This document shows, in pieces, positions 9,528 to 19,682 of a stretch of DNA of 64,000 nt. The stretch covers positions 2,144,001 to 2,208,000 of the forward strand of contig OZ242214.1 in the NCBI GenBank assembly GCA_965206595.1, written 5' to 3'. Numbering within the stretch: the stretch's first letter is position 1; every line of letters starts with the position of its first letter. Source of the stretch: Candidatus Latescibacterota bacterium (GTDB lineage Bacteria > Latescibacterota > UBA2968 > UBA8231). The notes beneath the pieces were generated by a model that made no database searches, was not told the origin of the DNA, and saw only the letters and a program-made list of their open reading frames with translations. Made by a program: the position numbers and the translations under genes.

Positions 9528-9917
9528 CTAAACCGCTGCCGCGATGTCGGTCAGGGAAAAATCGTCGCCTTTGAACAAGAGCGGTAACCCCCTGACCGAA
9601 GCCGGAGCGTAGGCGAAAGTGTCACCGAAGTTCAGCTGAGCACTACCGAACCTCCTGCCGAAACGCCGGTAAGCGTCCGTGGCAATGCGGTACTGTTCCT
9701 CGTCGAATGGAATCAATCTGACAAAGGGGTATTCAAGAAACTGGGCCGCTGCATGGTAGATGTCATCCCCTTTACCCATTCCGACTATCATGAATTCGAC
9801 GGCAGTGGCGGTGGAAACGAGCACTTCTCCGTCGCTGCGCATGGCGTTGTGAAATGCCGGCCCTTCCGTTTCGTCCATTATTACCGCCATCAGCGCCGAC
9901 GTATCCGCTACCATCAT
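9528..9917 (-). CDS. vapC: VapC-family PIN toxin
   Basis: VADTSALMA, LNFGDTFAYA and LLFKGDDFSLTD. Confidence 0.9.
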   Translation of the reverse strand: MMVADTSALMAVIMDETEGPAFHNAMRSDGEVLVSTATAVEFMIVGMGKGDDIYHAAAQFLEYPFVRLIPFDEEQYRIATDAYRRFGRRFGSAQLNFGDTFAYAPASVRGLPLLFKGDDFSLTDIAAAV

Positions 9918-10213
9918 TTCGGGAGACCTTCCTCGTCGTACAGTTCATCCTGCCATGCTTTGGAAGGCGGATTGTTTTCGTCGTATTCATCGGGATGCTC
10001 CTCACGCCACCGGCGGCCCGCCGCGCTTAAAACCTTGTATTCAGCCGCTAACTCTTCGGGGGTCATCTGATGGCATGGCCGAAAAGTTTTAACGTCCAGG
10101 CTGTCCAGCGCCATCTCGATAACCCGATCCTGTTCGTTCGGTCCGGCAAAGCCCAGCCGCTTGGCCAAGTCGGCGATGCGAGCTTCCGTCTCCGGTTTGA
10201 GTGTGGTAGCCAT
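9914..10213 (-). CDS. vapB: Cognate antitoxin (VapB / Rv0623-like)
   Basis: Small gene overlapping vapC by ATGA; LKPETEARIADLAKRLG...DELYDEEGLPK. Confidence 0.75.
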   Translation of the reverse strand: MATTLKPETEARIADLAKRLGFAGPNEQDRVIEMALDSLDVKTFRPCHQMTPEELAAEYKVLSAAGRRWREEHPDEYDENNPPSKAWQDELYDEEGLPK

Positions 10214-10242
10214 AACACCCTCCAAAGGTGACATCCTTGCGG

Positions 10243-11196
10243 TTATTGCTCTACCTGCAAAAATACATCGGCGGTATTCTTGCCGTATTGCTGCAACAGC
10301 TTTTTTGTGTTATTCCTGATTTGTCCGGCGTTGAGATTCACATTCACGAATAGTGGCGTTCCACTGATGCTTATGTGGCTTCCGAATTGTTTGCCGGTCG
10401 GATGTACCGGCTTGGTATTGACCATATAAGTCTGCTTGCCCGATCGTATCGGAACATCATCGATCGTGAGCAGTCTCTCCGAGAAAAGCTTCTCTATAGT
10501 TTGTGCAAGTATTTCCTTCCAATATCCCAGCCTCCTTTCGCTCCCGTCCCAGAATCTGATTGCCGCCGGACATGGCGTGCCTGCTGGTGGACTGTACTCA
10601 GATAGCCCAACCCATCCCGGAGATTCCTGTCGTGGCGCCGGGGCTGGTTCCACCTCGGGCGGAATTGGCGCCGGCATTGGAGGATCGAAAGCAATCGGCC
10701 CGCTGGCCGGGACAGGCTGGCCGGACTCCAGGTTGGGCCGCCAGAGCAGCAGCAGCTTCAGCGCACTTTCGTGCGCGGGAGCGTCGGCGATGGATACATC
10801 GAGAATCCGCCTTTCCTCCAGCTTGCCCCGCTCGAATACTTTGTACAGTTCCCAATGGTTGCCGTCGGTAAGCCCGGCGTATTCAACGCCCGACGCATTG
10901 GAGTAATTGAGCATCTGCATCCGGTGGGAATCCAGCGGCTCGCCCATCTTCTTGGCCTCCACTGTGGCTGCCGGCTGGCCGTCGGATCGCAGCAACGCAT
11001 AGTCAGCCCAACCGTCACTCACCTTGTACTCCGGTATCACCACTTTCGGGTCGGACACATCCCATCCCAGCGCCTGCAGCAGCGGGTCAATCAGCGCCAT
11101 TCGGGTTCGCGTTTCATTTTCCCGTAGCACGGCGTCATGCGACCGTATTCGTTCTCGCAGCGATTCAATACCGCCTACCAAGTCTTCAAGCAGCAT
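10243..11196 (-). CDS. HsdR N-terminal-like PD-(D/E)XK nuclease domain + Pro-rich linker + uncharacterised C-terminal domain
   Basis: NETRTRMALIDPLLQALGWD, PEY, ADYAL, VEAKK, QMLNY and LTDGNHWELY; no helicase motifs; visibly lower GC. Confidence 0.8.
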   Translation of the reverse strand: MLLEDLVGGIESLRERIRSHDAVLRENETRTRMALIDPLLQALGWDVSDPKVVIPEYKVSDGWADYALLRSDGQPAATVEAKKMGEPLDSHRMQMLNYSNASGVEYAGLTDGNHWELYKVFERGKLEERRILDVSIADAPAHESALKLLLLWRPNLESGQPVPASGPIAFDPPMPAPIPPEVEPAPAPRQESPGWVGLSEYSPPAGTPCPAAIRFWDGSERRLGYWKEILAQTIEKLFSERLLTIDDVPIRSGKQTYMVNTKPVHPTGKQFGSHISISGTPLFVNVNLNAGQIRNNTKKLLQQYGKNTADVFLQVEQ

Positions 11197-11465
11197 TGCC
11201 TGTCTCCTGTGAAAAACATTCAGTCAAGGTCCATATCCGGAGAGGGAAAATAAGCGTATCTGATCTTCCATCCCATCCCAAGCAGCGTAGTCGGCCCCAC
11301 GAGAGGAGGGCTGCTGGGCATGCGGCCATCGGCCACAATCGAACCTTGCGGGCGCCCTTCGTATTGTGGTTCATAACCACCTTGGAAATCGCCAATGAGG
11401 GGTCAGCCCTGTCCGGAACCGCTCCGGGCATGGGATGTCCGTGAAACCTCCGCAGAGCCGTTACC

Positions 11466-12245
11466 GTGGAAATAGGATACCTGGTCAGCAGTTTCGAGCA
11501 GCTGGATTCAGCCCTGGAGTGGGGCTACGACTACGCCGAGTGGAACCCCCCGGGGATCGGCTTCGAGGCGGAGGATGCCGGCGAGACCGCCCGCCGCCTC
11601 GGCGCTTCCCGCCTGCCCGTGGAAACCATCTGCGGCTTCATCGCCGATCCGGAAGACTGCGGTCTCATGGTGGTCGGACCGGACCGCGACCTGCAGCGCC
11701 TGCAGGAGTACGTCACCGGGCTGTTCGACCGCATGCAGGCGGTCGGGGTGGAGGTGATCGGGTACGGCAGCGGGGGGTCGCGCTGGGTCCCTGACGGCTT
11801 CGACCGCGGCCGTGCGCGCGGGCAGGTGCGCGAGTTTCTCGAGCTCTGCGGCGAAATCGGGACGAGCCGCGGCGTCGTCACCGCCCTGGAGCCGTACAAC
11901 CGCGACGACGCCAACCTCCTCAACACGGTCCCGGAGGCCTGCGACCTGGTCCGTGAGATCGGCCACCCCAACGTCCGCCTGATGGCCGACTTCTTCCACA
12001 TGAAGCTCAACGGAGAGTCATTCGAGGAGCTCGACGAGGCCGGCCCTTTTCTCGCCCACGCCCACATCGCCGAGCCCGGCCGCGGGCGCCCGCAGACCTA
12101 CCCGTCCGATCACTCGGAGTACCTGCATGCCCTGCGCCTCGCCGGATACGACGGCAGGTTGACGGTGACGGGAGAGCTTCCGGCCTACGAGTCGCCGGCC
12201 GAAGCCGCCATGGCCTTGAAAACCGCGGCCTCGGCTCCCCTGTAG
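11466..12245 (+). CDS. Sugar phosphate isomerase/epimerase (AP_endonuc_2 TIM barrel)
   Basis: ALEPYN, MADFFHM and HAHIAE. Confidence 0.87.
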   Translation: MEIGYLVSSFEQLDSALEWGYDYAEWNPPGIGFEAEDAGETARRLGASRLPVETICGFIADPEDCGLMVVGPDRDLQRLQEYVTGLFDRMQAVGVEVIGYGSGGSRWVPDGFDRGRARGQVREFLELCGEIGTSRGVVTALEPYNRDDANLLNTVPEACDLVREIGHPNVRLMADFFHMKLNGESFEELDEAGPFLAHAHIAEPGRGRPQTYPSDHSEYLHALRLAGYDGRLTVTGELPAYESPAEAAMALKTAASAPL

Positions 12246-12252
12246 GGAACCG

Positions 12253-12939
12253 GTGAACGCGCCGACCTTCAACTACAGCCGCGTCGTCGACCTGTCGCGG
12301 CCCCTCGACACGGGACCGGATCAGCACCCATGGTTCCGCTACGAAACCAGGATCGAGAGCATCGTCTCCGACTTGGAGTCCGCGCCCCCTGAGGGTCGCT
12401 GGTACGTGGTGACCACCCTGAACATGAGCGGACACGCCGGCACCCACGTCGAGGCCCCCCTGCACGCGGTCGAGAACGGGGCCTCGGTCGGCGAGGTGCC
12501 GGTGGAGCGCTTCTTCGGGGAGGCGGTGGTGCTCGATCTGACCGCGGTTCCCTGGAGGAGGCCGCTGGAGCCGGAGGCGGTGCGGGAAGCCGCGGCCAAA
12601 GCGGGTGGCATCCGCCGCGGCGACATCCTCTTCCTGCACTTCGACTGGGACCGGCGGCAGGCGACGGAACAGGGCCACCCGTTTCCCTCGAACGAAACCC
12701 TTGAGTGGCTGGTGGCCCCGGACGTCAAGCTGGTGGGCATCGATTCCCCCGGTCTCGAGGTGGCCGGGCGCCGCGACCTGCCGAACCACCGCACCCTGTT
12801 CGACAGGGGGATCCCGCTGATCGAGAGCCTCGCCAACCTCGGCGAGCTGCGCTCGAGCCGGGTCTACGTGATGGCGCTCCAGCTGCCGGCCCTGAAGACG
12901 GACGCGATTCCCCTGCGGGTGCTCGCCTTCGAGGCTTGA
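12253..12939 (+). CDS. Cyclase family protein (kynurenine formamidase-like)
   Basis: HAGTHVEAPLH, VGIDSP and IESLANL. Confidence 0.88.
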   Translation: MNAPTFNYSRVVDLSRPLDTGPDQHPWFRYETRIESIVSDLESAPPEGRWYVVTTLNMSGHAGTHVEAPLHAVENGASVGEVPVERFFGEAVVLDLTAVPWRRPLEPEAVREAAAKAGGIRRGDILFLHFDWDRRQATEQGHPFPSNETLEWLVAPDVKLVGIDSPGLEVAGRRDLPNHRTLFDRGIPLIESLANLGELRSSRVYVMALQLPALKTDAIPLRVLAFEA

Positions 12940-13097
12940 GGTTTCCGCCGCTTCCCCGAGGCCGCGGCGGCGCCACTCCTTCCCTTCTCAGTGAGGGGAG
13001 GATGTTCCCGGCCCGTTCAGCAGCACCGCCTCGATTAGGCGCAGTCCCTGCGTCTTCTCCTTGCAGCCGACGACACCCTGGCCATAACCCGGCCCCG

Positions 13098-15587
13098 CTA
13101 CTGGCGGCGGCGGAGCAGCTCCTCCTGGGCCTCCCGGAACAGGGCGATCAGCCGTTCCCTGACCGCCTCCTCCCGGAAGACGCCGATGCGCTGCGCCCAG
13201 GTGATCCCGCCTTCCATGTGCGTCATCAGGTACTGGCCGTCCGCCGGCTCGAAGGCGCCCCGGCCGCCGACGCTGACGTAGACGGGCGACGAGTGCGCCA
13301 TCACCGGGCCGGCGTCGGTCAGGTGCGGGCCCCAGCAGCGGGCCGCCACCCAGCAGGGCTTCTCCGTCGTCAGCTTGTGGCGCAGGGTGATCTTCGTCGT
13401 CGACCCGTGCGCGGTCTCGCGCACGTCGGGAACGCCGTTGACGATCAGCTCGACCGCGGTCAGGGGCCAGACCGACTCCGCGGTGGCCTCGACCTCGACG
13501 GTGCCGCCGTTGCCCGGCAGGTGGATCTCCTGACCCATGCCCCGCCCCTCGACCTCGAGGTCGATCATCGCCCCGGTGCTGGCGAAGGTGGTGCCGCGGC
13601 GCACCGCCCGGCACCAGTTGTCGAAGGTGAACTCCTCCCCGTCGGCGAGCCGCGCGTAGGTGCGCGAACCGCCGAGAACGCGGTCGTTCGACATCTTGTC
13701 GGTGCCGCCGACAATGGGAAGCTTCTGGCCGACGTTGAGCCAGCGGTAGTAGCCGCGCTCCCCCTGGCCGATCCGCTCCCCCTGCCATATCCAGCACATC
13801 TCCGCGGCGTCGGCATGGCCCATGACGATGTTGGCGGCGTTCTCGAAGTCCGGCACCGGCATGTGGGGCATGATCACCAGTCCCCCCTGGTTCCGGCAGG
13901 CCTCGGCCCAGTCCGCCATCAGGACTTCGATGGCGCCCCCGATCCAGTCTTCCTGGGGGCCGCCGCTGCAGAGCGGGGCGACCATCTCCTTGAGTCCCAG
14001 CAGGCTGATGTGGCCGAGCACGTGCTGCCTGTTCTCCTGGCTTACGTAGATCAGGTTCTCGTCGCTGCTGGTAGGCGCCAGTCCCCCGGTGAACTCCTCC
14101 CAGCTGGTGAACAGCCGCCCCCACTGGCTGGCGAGCAGGTGGGTGACGTTGAGGTCTTCGGCCGCGGCCTCGAGGTGGGCGGACTGCGACGACAGGAAGT
14201 GCACGTGGGTGTCGCCCGAGTAGTAGCCGCGCTCCTTCATGTCGAAGGCCCGCTTCAGGGTAAGGGTCAGGTGGCGCTGCCCCGGCTTGATCTCCAGCTT
14301 GCGGCGCAGGGGCCGGTACTCGAACCCCCGCACCGCCTCGACGTAGACCTCCCCGACCGGCAGGTCGATCTGGCAGGTGCCGTCGATGTAGGCGTACGGG
14401 GTGCCGCGCACCTTGCAGTCGCCGCCGAGGTCCTCGAACCAGGCGGTGTTGATGTCAGCCTGGTGGCCGTGGGGAGCGAAGTACGCCCCCTGGGGCGAGC
14501 GGAAGTGCACTCGCGTGCCGACCGGTTTCCCGCTCTCCTCGTCGACGACCCGCACGTGCACCCACTGCTTTCCGCGCGCGCCCACCATCTCCACGCGCAC
14601 CTTCCCCCGCTGCACGGCGCCGGAGTCGAGCACGTCCCCCCAACGGATCTCCTCCCCGTCCTCAGCCGGCCCGACGCGGAACCGGCCTTCGGCGGAGCCG
14701 TGGATCTCGGCGTAGCCCCCGGGGCGGATCTCCTGCTCCCCGAGTCCCCATCCGCGTTCCTCCGAGTCGAGATAGCGTTCCCCGGGGACGAACAGCGTGT
14801 CCTGGCGGGCGATCACGCCGCGCTCCATCGACAGCTCGGGAGCCTCCGACCCGCTGCCGGCGGAGATGGCGATCTCCGTCCGCGGCCGCCAGGCCAGGGG
14901 GTCGCTGGCCTCGTCGCACAGAGTGACGGCGCCTAGCGCCACCGCGGCAGCTCCCGCGGCGCTCAGCTCGATCGCCTCGATCCTCCTGTCCGGGTGGGGA
15001 TTCTCCCAGTCGAACAGCCACCAGCCCTCGAGGTCGCTGCCGTTCTCGGTGACCGTGCCGACCTGGTTGCGGCCCCAGGGACCGGTCTGGTCGTGGAGGG
15101 AAACCGACAGGAACTCACGGCAGTTGCGGCAGGCGAACGGGTGGTGCCCCCAGGGCACGTTGACGTCGTGGATCTCGAAGCGGCGGCGCAGCTCCTGCTC
15201 GATTGCGGAACCGTCCTCGAACAGGATACGGTAGGTCCCCACCTGCTCTCCGGCCCCCTCAATGGTCGCCCACTCCCCGTTGCAGGGGGAACAGACGTGC
15301 GCGAACAGGAGCCGCCTGGCTTTGGCGCCCACGGCCAGGGCAACTGAGTCCGCGACCTCCCTGCCGCCTCCCCCGGCCACCATGGCGAAGCGCCTGCCAC
15401 TGCCGGCTGGCGCCAGGTTAAAGGGGACTCCCCAGAAGCGGTGCTCCCCTGCCGGCATGTTGGCGAGCCCGGTTCTGTCCGGGTCCCCGGGAGGACAGGG
15501 CCACAGCCAGTGGCCGTCGACCTCGACGTTGCCGGGGTTGGCGTTGAGGGCGCTTTCGATATTCAGTGGAATGAAAGGATCGGACAT
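13098..15587 (-). CDS. CehA/McbA-family PHP metallohydrolase
   Basis: GYYSGDTHVH, QENRQHVLGH, WLNVG..LPIVGGTD, RTYA and AHSSPVYV. Confidence 0.82.
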   Translation of the reverse strand: MSDPFIPLNIESALNANPGNVEVDGHWLWPCPPGDPDRTGLANMPAGEHRFWGVPFNLAPAGSGRRFAMVAGGGGREVADSVALAVGAKARRLLFAHVCSPCNGEWATIEGAGEQVGTYRILFEDGSAIEQELRRRFEIHDVNVPWGHHPFACRNCREFLSVSLHDQTGPWGRNQVGTVTENGSDLEGWWLFDWENPHPDRRIEAIELSAAGAAAVALGAVTLCDEASDPLAWRPRTEIAISAGSGSEAPELSMERGVIARQDTLFVPGERYLDSEERGWGLGEQEIRPGGYAEIHGSAEGRFRVGPAEDGEEIRWGDVLDSGAVQRGKVRVEMVGARGKQWVHVRVVDEESGKPVGTRVHFRSPQGAYFAPHGHQADINTAWFEDLGGDCKVRGTPYAYIDGTCQIDLPVGEVYVEAVRGFEYRPLRRKLEIKPGQRHLTLTLKRAFDMKERGYYSGDTHVHFLSSQSAHLEAAAEDLNVTHLLASQWGRLFTSWEEFTGGLAPTSSDENLIYVSQENRQHVLGHISLLGLKEMVAPLCSGGPQEDWIGGAIEVLMADWAEACRNQGGLVIMPHMPVPDFENAANIVMGHADAAEMCWIWQGERIGQGERGYYRWLNVGQKLPIVGGTDKMSNDRVLGGSRTYARLADGEEFTFDNWCRAVRRGTTFASTGAMIDLEVEGRGMGQEIHLPGNGGTVEVEATAESVWPLTAVELIVNGVPDVRETAHGSTTKITLRHKLTTEKPCWVAARCWGPHLTDAGPVMAHSSPVYVSVGGRGAFEPADGQYLMTHMEGGITWAQRIGVFREEAVRERLIALFREAQEELLRRRQ

Positions 15588-16068
15588 GGCGGTTCTCCGG
15601 GAACAGGAAGCCAGGCGAAGGGCTCCTCAGGGGTGAAACCAAATGCCTTGGCGCAGGGGCTGGCGGCATTGCTGTTCGCCCGCCGTACACCCTCGCAGGG
15701 CTCGCTCAGCCGCCTCGCGAGCCGGGGGGACCGCGTTCTCCTGCCCTACGCTTTCCTGCGCGGAGCAAACCCTGGCGAGCCTGGTTGGGCCGGACGCGAG
15801 CAGAGGCGAATCAGGGGGATTCCGTGGGCGGGCGCAACGTCGAATCCGCCGGGGCCGGGCACGGCCGTTACCTCCGGACGTGCGGGATCAGCAGGTGGCG
15901 GCCTCGAGCTTTCCCTTGGTGATTGGGCGGGCTTCGTTCACCGCAGAGGGCGCCGTACCCGGCAGGTCCGGGCGCGGTCCGGGGCTCGAGATCCGTTCCC
16001 TTGATATGGGCTCGAGCCGGGGGGCGCTGTCGCTGTGGATTTCCAGGCAGGGCGGAAATAGTCCTGCC

Positions 16069-17172
16069 TCACGCACGCTCCTTCAGGTACTTCGCCCCTT
16101 TCCGGGCGATCTCGAAGGCGGTCTTGCCTCTCTTGTTGAGGACCGTGGGGTCGGCTCCCGCTTCGAGCAGGGCCTCGGCGGCTGCGGCGCAACCCTGGTA
16201 GGTGGCGCGGTGGAGGGGAGTACGTCCCTTCCTGTCCTGGGTTTTCAGGTCGGTCCCGTGCCGGGCGAGCAGGCGGATCATCTCCGGCTGGTCCCCCTCT
16301 GCGGCCAACTGCAGCGGCGTGCGTTGCGCCTTGTTCAGGGCGTTCACCTCGGCCCCCCGGGCAAGCAACATGTCCGCACACTCCTTTGAGCCTGCCCGCG
16401 CCGCCCAATGAAGCGGCGTCATGCCGTAGTCCTCGGCGGCATTGACGGCCTCGGCGCCTTCTTGGATGAGCTCTTTCAGGCGTAACGTGTCGTTGAGGGC
16501 GCAGGCCGAGAAGACATCGTAGTACGCGCCGTCTTCGATGAAGATGCGCGCAACCGCAAGCCTGCCCTCAAGTCGCGAAAAGTCCTTCCCCCAGTGGCTC
16601 GGCGCCACCGCTTCCTGAAGGGATGTCGTCCCCCGCTCACCGTTCCCCTTGATCGGCAGCTCGTGATGAACGCCGGCGCCGTACCGGATCAGGAGCCTGG
16701 CGCACTCGACATAACCGCCGCACGCCGCCCAGTACATGAGCGAGAGGTTGTCGGGCCAGCCGACGTGCGGCTTCAGTACTGAAACGCAGGTCGCGTCCGC
16801 GGCCCCCGACTCGAAAACCGCCCGGAGGGTATCCTCCATGCCTCCCCACGCCGCCTCGTGGAGCACGTTGTACGCCGATTCGTCGATCTCCAGGGGCACG
16901 CCGCGGGCAAGCAGGAACGTCACCGCCTGCCCGCACCCTCTCATGCCGGCCACGACCTGAAGCAGATGCTCACCGATGCGGTCGAGCACCTGCGGGTCTG
17001 CGGTCAGTATCTCCTCCATCCGCTCGACATCGGGAGTGCCGTCCCATCGCTTCGGGTCCGGCCCCATCGCCGCGGCGACAAGCTGCCGCTCCGCCGGGGT
17101 GAGCTCCGGTTTCCGCCGGTCGCGCAGGAACCAGTTCCTCTCGAACAGCTCTACCGCTTTGGTGGTGTCCAT
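16069..17172 (-). CDS. Ankyrin repeat protein
   Basis: GMTPLHWAA, QRTPLQLAA, GRTPLHRAT and GKTAFEIA repeats. Confidence 0.92.
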   Translation of the reverse strand: MDTTKAVELFERNWFLRDRRKPELTPAERQLVAAAMGPDPKRWDGTPDVERMEEILTADPQVLDRIGEHLLQVVAGMRGCGQAVTFLLARGVPLEIDESAYNVLHEAAWGGMEDTLRAVFESGAADATCVSVLKPHVGWPDNLSLMYWAACGGYVECARLLIRYGAGVHHELPIKGNGERGTTSLQEAVAPSHWGKDFSRLEGRLAVARIFIEDGAYYDVFSACALNDTLRLKELIQEGAEAVNAAEDYGMTPLHWAARAGSKECADMLLARGAEVNALNKAQRTPLQLAAEGDQPEMIRLLARHGTDLKTQDRKGRTPLHRATYQGCAAAAEALLEAGADPTVLNKRGKTAFEIARKGAKYLKERA

Positions 17173-17238
17173 GTTCTCCTCGAGCCCCCCCGGAGCGAAC
17201 GCAGATGGTCCGGCGGAAGCTGCTGGGAAAAGCTCAGG

Positions 17239-17817
17239 CTAATCGAAGATCTCGTCTTCCTGAAACCGGGTCCACGACTTGAAAACCGGAAAGGGGGAGG
17301 GCAAGTCGTTGCCTGGGTCGTTCAGCTTGAAGGAGATCCTCTCAGGGTCGAGGACATTCCGGATCGAGATCGAGAACCGCGAGGTTGGAATGCAATCCAC
17401 GCACTCTTCGGGAAACTGCTGCCTCGAACCGGGTTCGTCGAAGTGGATGTTGATAACGGAACTCCCTTCCTGTTCAATGCGGTAATCCTCCGCGGTTACT
17501 TCCCACTCGGAGACCGCCCGGTTCCCTTCGGAATACTGCGCCCAGAGGGTGATTCCATCGAAGAAATCGAGAACGACTCCTTTTCTTCGGTCCGCGTCCC
17601 TGGAAGGATCGAACTGCCGGAAGGAGCGATCCTCCAGCTCGGTCTTGATCCTCTCTTCTTCCGTTCCGCTGACTGGTTGCGCCGGATCCTCCTTGCCGCA
17701 CGAAGTAGCGAAGAGGAGAACGGAGGCGAAGGCGAGGGGCTTCCCCCATCGCCGCATTCTCGCATTTCCCAACAGGAGGGGTTCATTGTTGAACTGTTGC
17801 ATCACCTTGGATTTCAC
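17239..17817 (-). CDS. Hypothetical lipoprotein
   Basis: AGGAGG RBS before GTG at 17817 (alternative ATG at 17757); lipobox-like LLFATSC. Confidence 0.65.
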   Translation of the reverse strand: MKSKVMQQFNNEPLLLGNARMRRWGKPLAFASVLLFATSCGKEDPAQPVSGTEEERIKTELEDRSFRQFDPSRDADRRKGVVLDFFDGITLWAQYSEGNRAVSEWEVTAEDYRIEQEGSSVINIHFDEPGSRQQFPEECVDCIPTSRFSISIRNVLDPERISFKLNDPGNDLPSPFPVFKSWTRFQEDEIFD

Positions 17818-18125
17818 TCGGAACCTCCTATTCAAACGCCTGATCTGTGGACCCGGCGGGGAACTGCGTTCCGGAAGGTCGCGAAACCTGTGTGGCCCAC
17901 CGACGAATTGGTTTGGCGAACGTCCCGATATCCGCGCGGGCGGAAACCGGGAATCGGCTGGGCGGAACCGTGGCAAGTGCGCCGTACCGGCTGTTTCCGG
18001 CCATCGCGCATCCCATCCGGACTGCGACCGGTTCCTGTTCGACTCGCCCGACCTGCCCCCTGTTCTGAGGACTTCCAAAGCACCTGACAAACAAACCGAC
18101 CTCTCGCTGCGGCCGCGCTTGTTTT

Positions 18126-19490
18126 TCACACGTACCCGAAAAGCGGCGGGAAGAGAACGGCGACGATCCCTGCCCAGACCGCATACACCGGCAGGTAGGC
18201 GGTCTGCCAGCGCTCCAGGGCGGAGAAAGAGCCGCGACCGCGCAGGAAGCGCACGTACAACCAGGCCGACCAGGCGAGGTTGACGAGCAGGATGAGGTTC
18301 TCCCCGAGGGCGGCCACCTTGTTGGCGCTGAACCCGAACTCGGAGATGCGCGCCGAGACCGCGGCCAGGGCGGCGGCGTCCGCGGCGAGGGCGGCGATCA
18401 GGAGCAGGAGCTGAAGCAGATCGAAGAGGCCGGGAGGCGCCCCGGGGTCGCGCGCGGAGACCGCGTACAGCAGCAGCCCGAGTACGAGCACCAGCAGCAG
18501 GTCGAAGCCGATCAGCACTTCCCTCTCCATCCCGACCCCACTGCCCGTCCACACCATGGCCCCGAGGAAAGCGAGCAGAACCGCGGCGAACAGCGGCGTG
18601 AAAAGGCGCGTCAGCATGGGGGCGATGTTCCCGGCGACCGTCTGCCTGACCTCAGCCAGCCAGGCGGCCACGAGGACGGCCCCCATGGCCCCGCAGGGCA
18701 GCAGCAAGGGTCCAAGCGACTCGATGTCGAGACCGATGCCGGCGAACATCATCCCCGTGACCCCCGTCAGCACGCCGCCTCCGAGGGCGATGAGCACGTA
18801 GTAGATGAACATCTCCCCGGAGAAACGCACGAACTCCATGCGCCGGCCCGAGGAGCCCCAGCGGCCCCCGGTGTGGGCGACGCCGACCGCCAGCCATAGC
18901 GCTATCGGCAGGTGCAGCGCGGTGAGCACCTCGGTGGCGCCCTCCGGCGAGAAGGGGTAGATGTTGGCGAACAGGGCGGCCGCGGCGAACGGCAGGGCCA
19001 GCCGCAGGCAGTGGGCCCTGCCGAGCCGGCGCTTCCAGGCGAAGTACCCGGTCAGGAGGATCAGCGCCAAAAGGCCGAGGTTGCGGGCGTAGAAGCTGCC
19101 GCAGTCCCCGAACATCGAGCAGCCGAACAGCTCGGGTACCTTCATTGCCACGGCGCCCGCGACGGCCAGCCCGAGGACGACCGCGGTCTCCCCGGGAACG
19201 GTCCGGGTCGCAGCCGCGACGGGGCCGGCGACGAGTTGCTTCCACAGGCCGGCGGCATCCGCCGGGGCGAACCTGCCCGACTGCGGGTCGACGCTGCCGG
19301 TCCGCTTGACCGCCACCAGGAATGCTTCGTCCGAGTCGAGGCCGGCCTCCTCGAGGGCAGCCGCTTCCTCGCGCAGGCGGCTCTCCCGCTGCTCCAGCTC
19401 GGAGTCGGGAATGCCGCCGCGGCGCACCAGGGCGCGCCATTCGGAGACCCGCGCTTCGATACCGTCTCCGCTCTCTTTCCCCGTCCCCAT
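18126..19490 (-). CDS. Multi-pass membrane protein with permease-prefix (HAAS-like) domain
   Basis: ELEQRESRLREE...GLDSDEAFLVAVKRTG followed by about 10 TM segments; RISEFGFSANKVAALGEN. Confidence 0.8.
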   Translation of the reverse strand: MGTGKESGDGIEARVSEWRALVRRGGIPDSELEQRESRLREEAAALEEAGLDSDEAFLVAVKRTGSVDPQSGRFAPADAAGLWKQLVAGPVAAATRTVPGETAVVLGLAVAGAVAMKVPELFGCSMFGDCGSFYARNLGLLALILLTGYFAWKRRLGRAHCLRLALPFAAAALFANIYPFSPEGATEVLTALHLPIALWLAVGVAHTGGRWGSSGRRMEFVRFSGEMFIYYVLIALGGGVLTGVTGMMFAGIGLDIESLGPLLLPCGAMGAVLVAAWLAEVRQTVAGNIAPMLTRLFTPLFAAVLLAFLGAMVWTGSGVGMEREVLIGFDLLLVLVLGLLLYAVSARDPGAPPGLFDLLQLLLLIAALAADAAALAAVSARISEFGFSANKVAALGENLILLVNLAWSAWLYVRFLRGRGSFSALERWQTAYLPVYAVWAGIVAVLFPPLFGYV

Positions 19491-19551
19491 CAGTCAGTCC
19501 AGATCAGGCTTGGCGGACATGTCTCTGATCCCCCGTACGGCTCCCCATCGG

Positions 19552-19682
19552 GTGCGGTACGGTCCGGGAACCTTGGTGGCGTAGATGATGTACTGGATGA
19601 TGGCGCCCAGCTCGCGGGCACGGGGTCTTCGTTCAATCGCCGGATCGGTGTCGTCTTGTCCATGCCGTGTCGCCTTGTCCAT
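19552..19682 (-). pseudogene. N-terminal remnant of a bacterioferritin/ferritin-like gene
   Basis: AAGGAG RBS; MDKTTPIRRLNED, a frameshift, then ARELGAIIQYIIYATKVPGPYR (ferritin helix A ELxAIxQY). The start region is duplicated with a 19-bp period. Confidence 0.6.

Noticed and set aside
11270-11372. Possible structured ncRNA or riboswitch upstream of the epimerase
   Set aside because: Hairpins are possible, but I recognise no conserved riboswitch motif; it would need an Rfam/Infernal search.
15600-16060. Long GC-rich intergenic region with several short ORFs
   Set aside because: No coherent coding signal, repeat or RNA motif could be supported.
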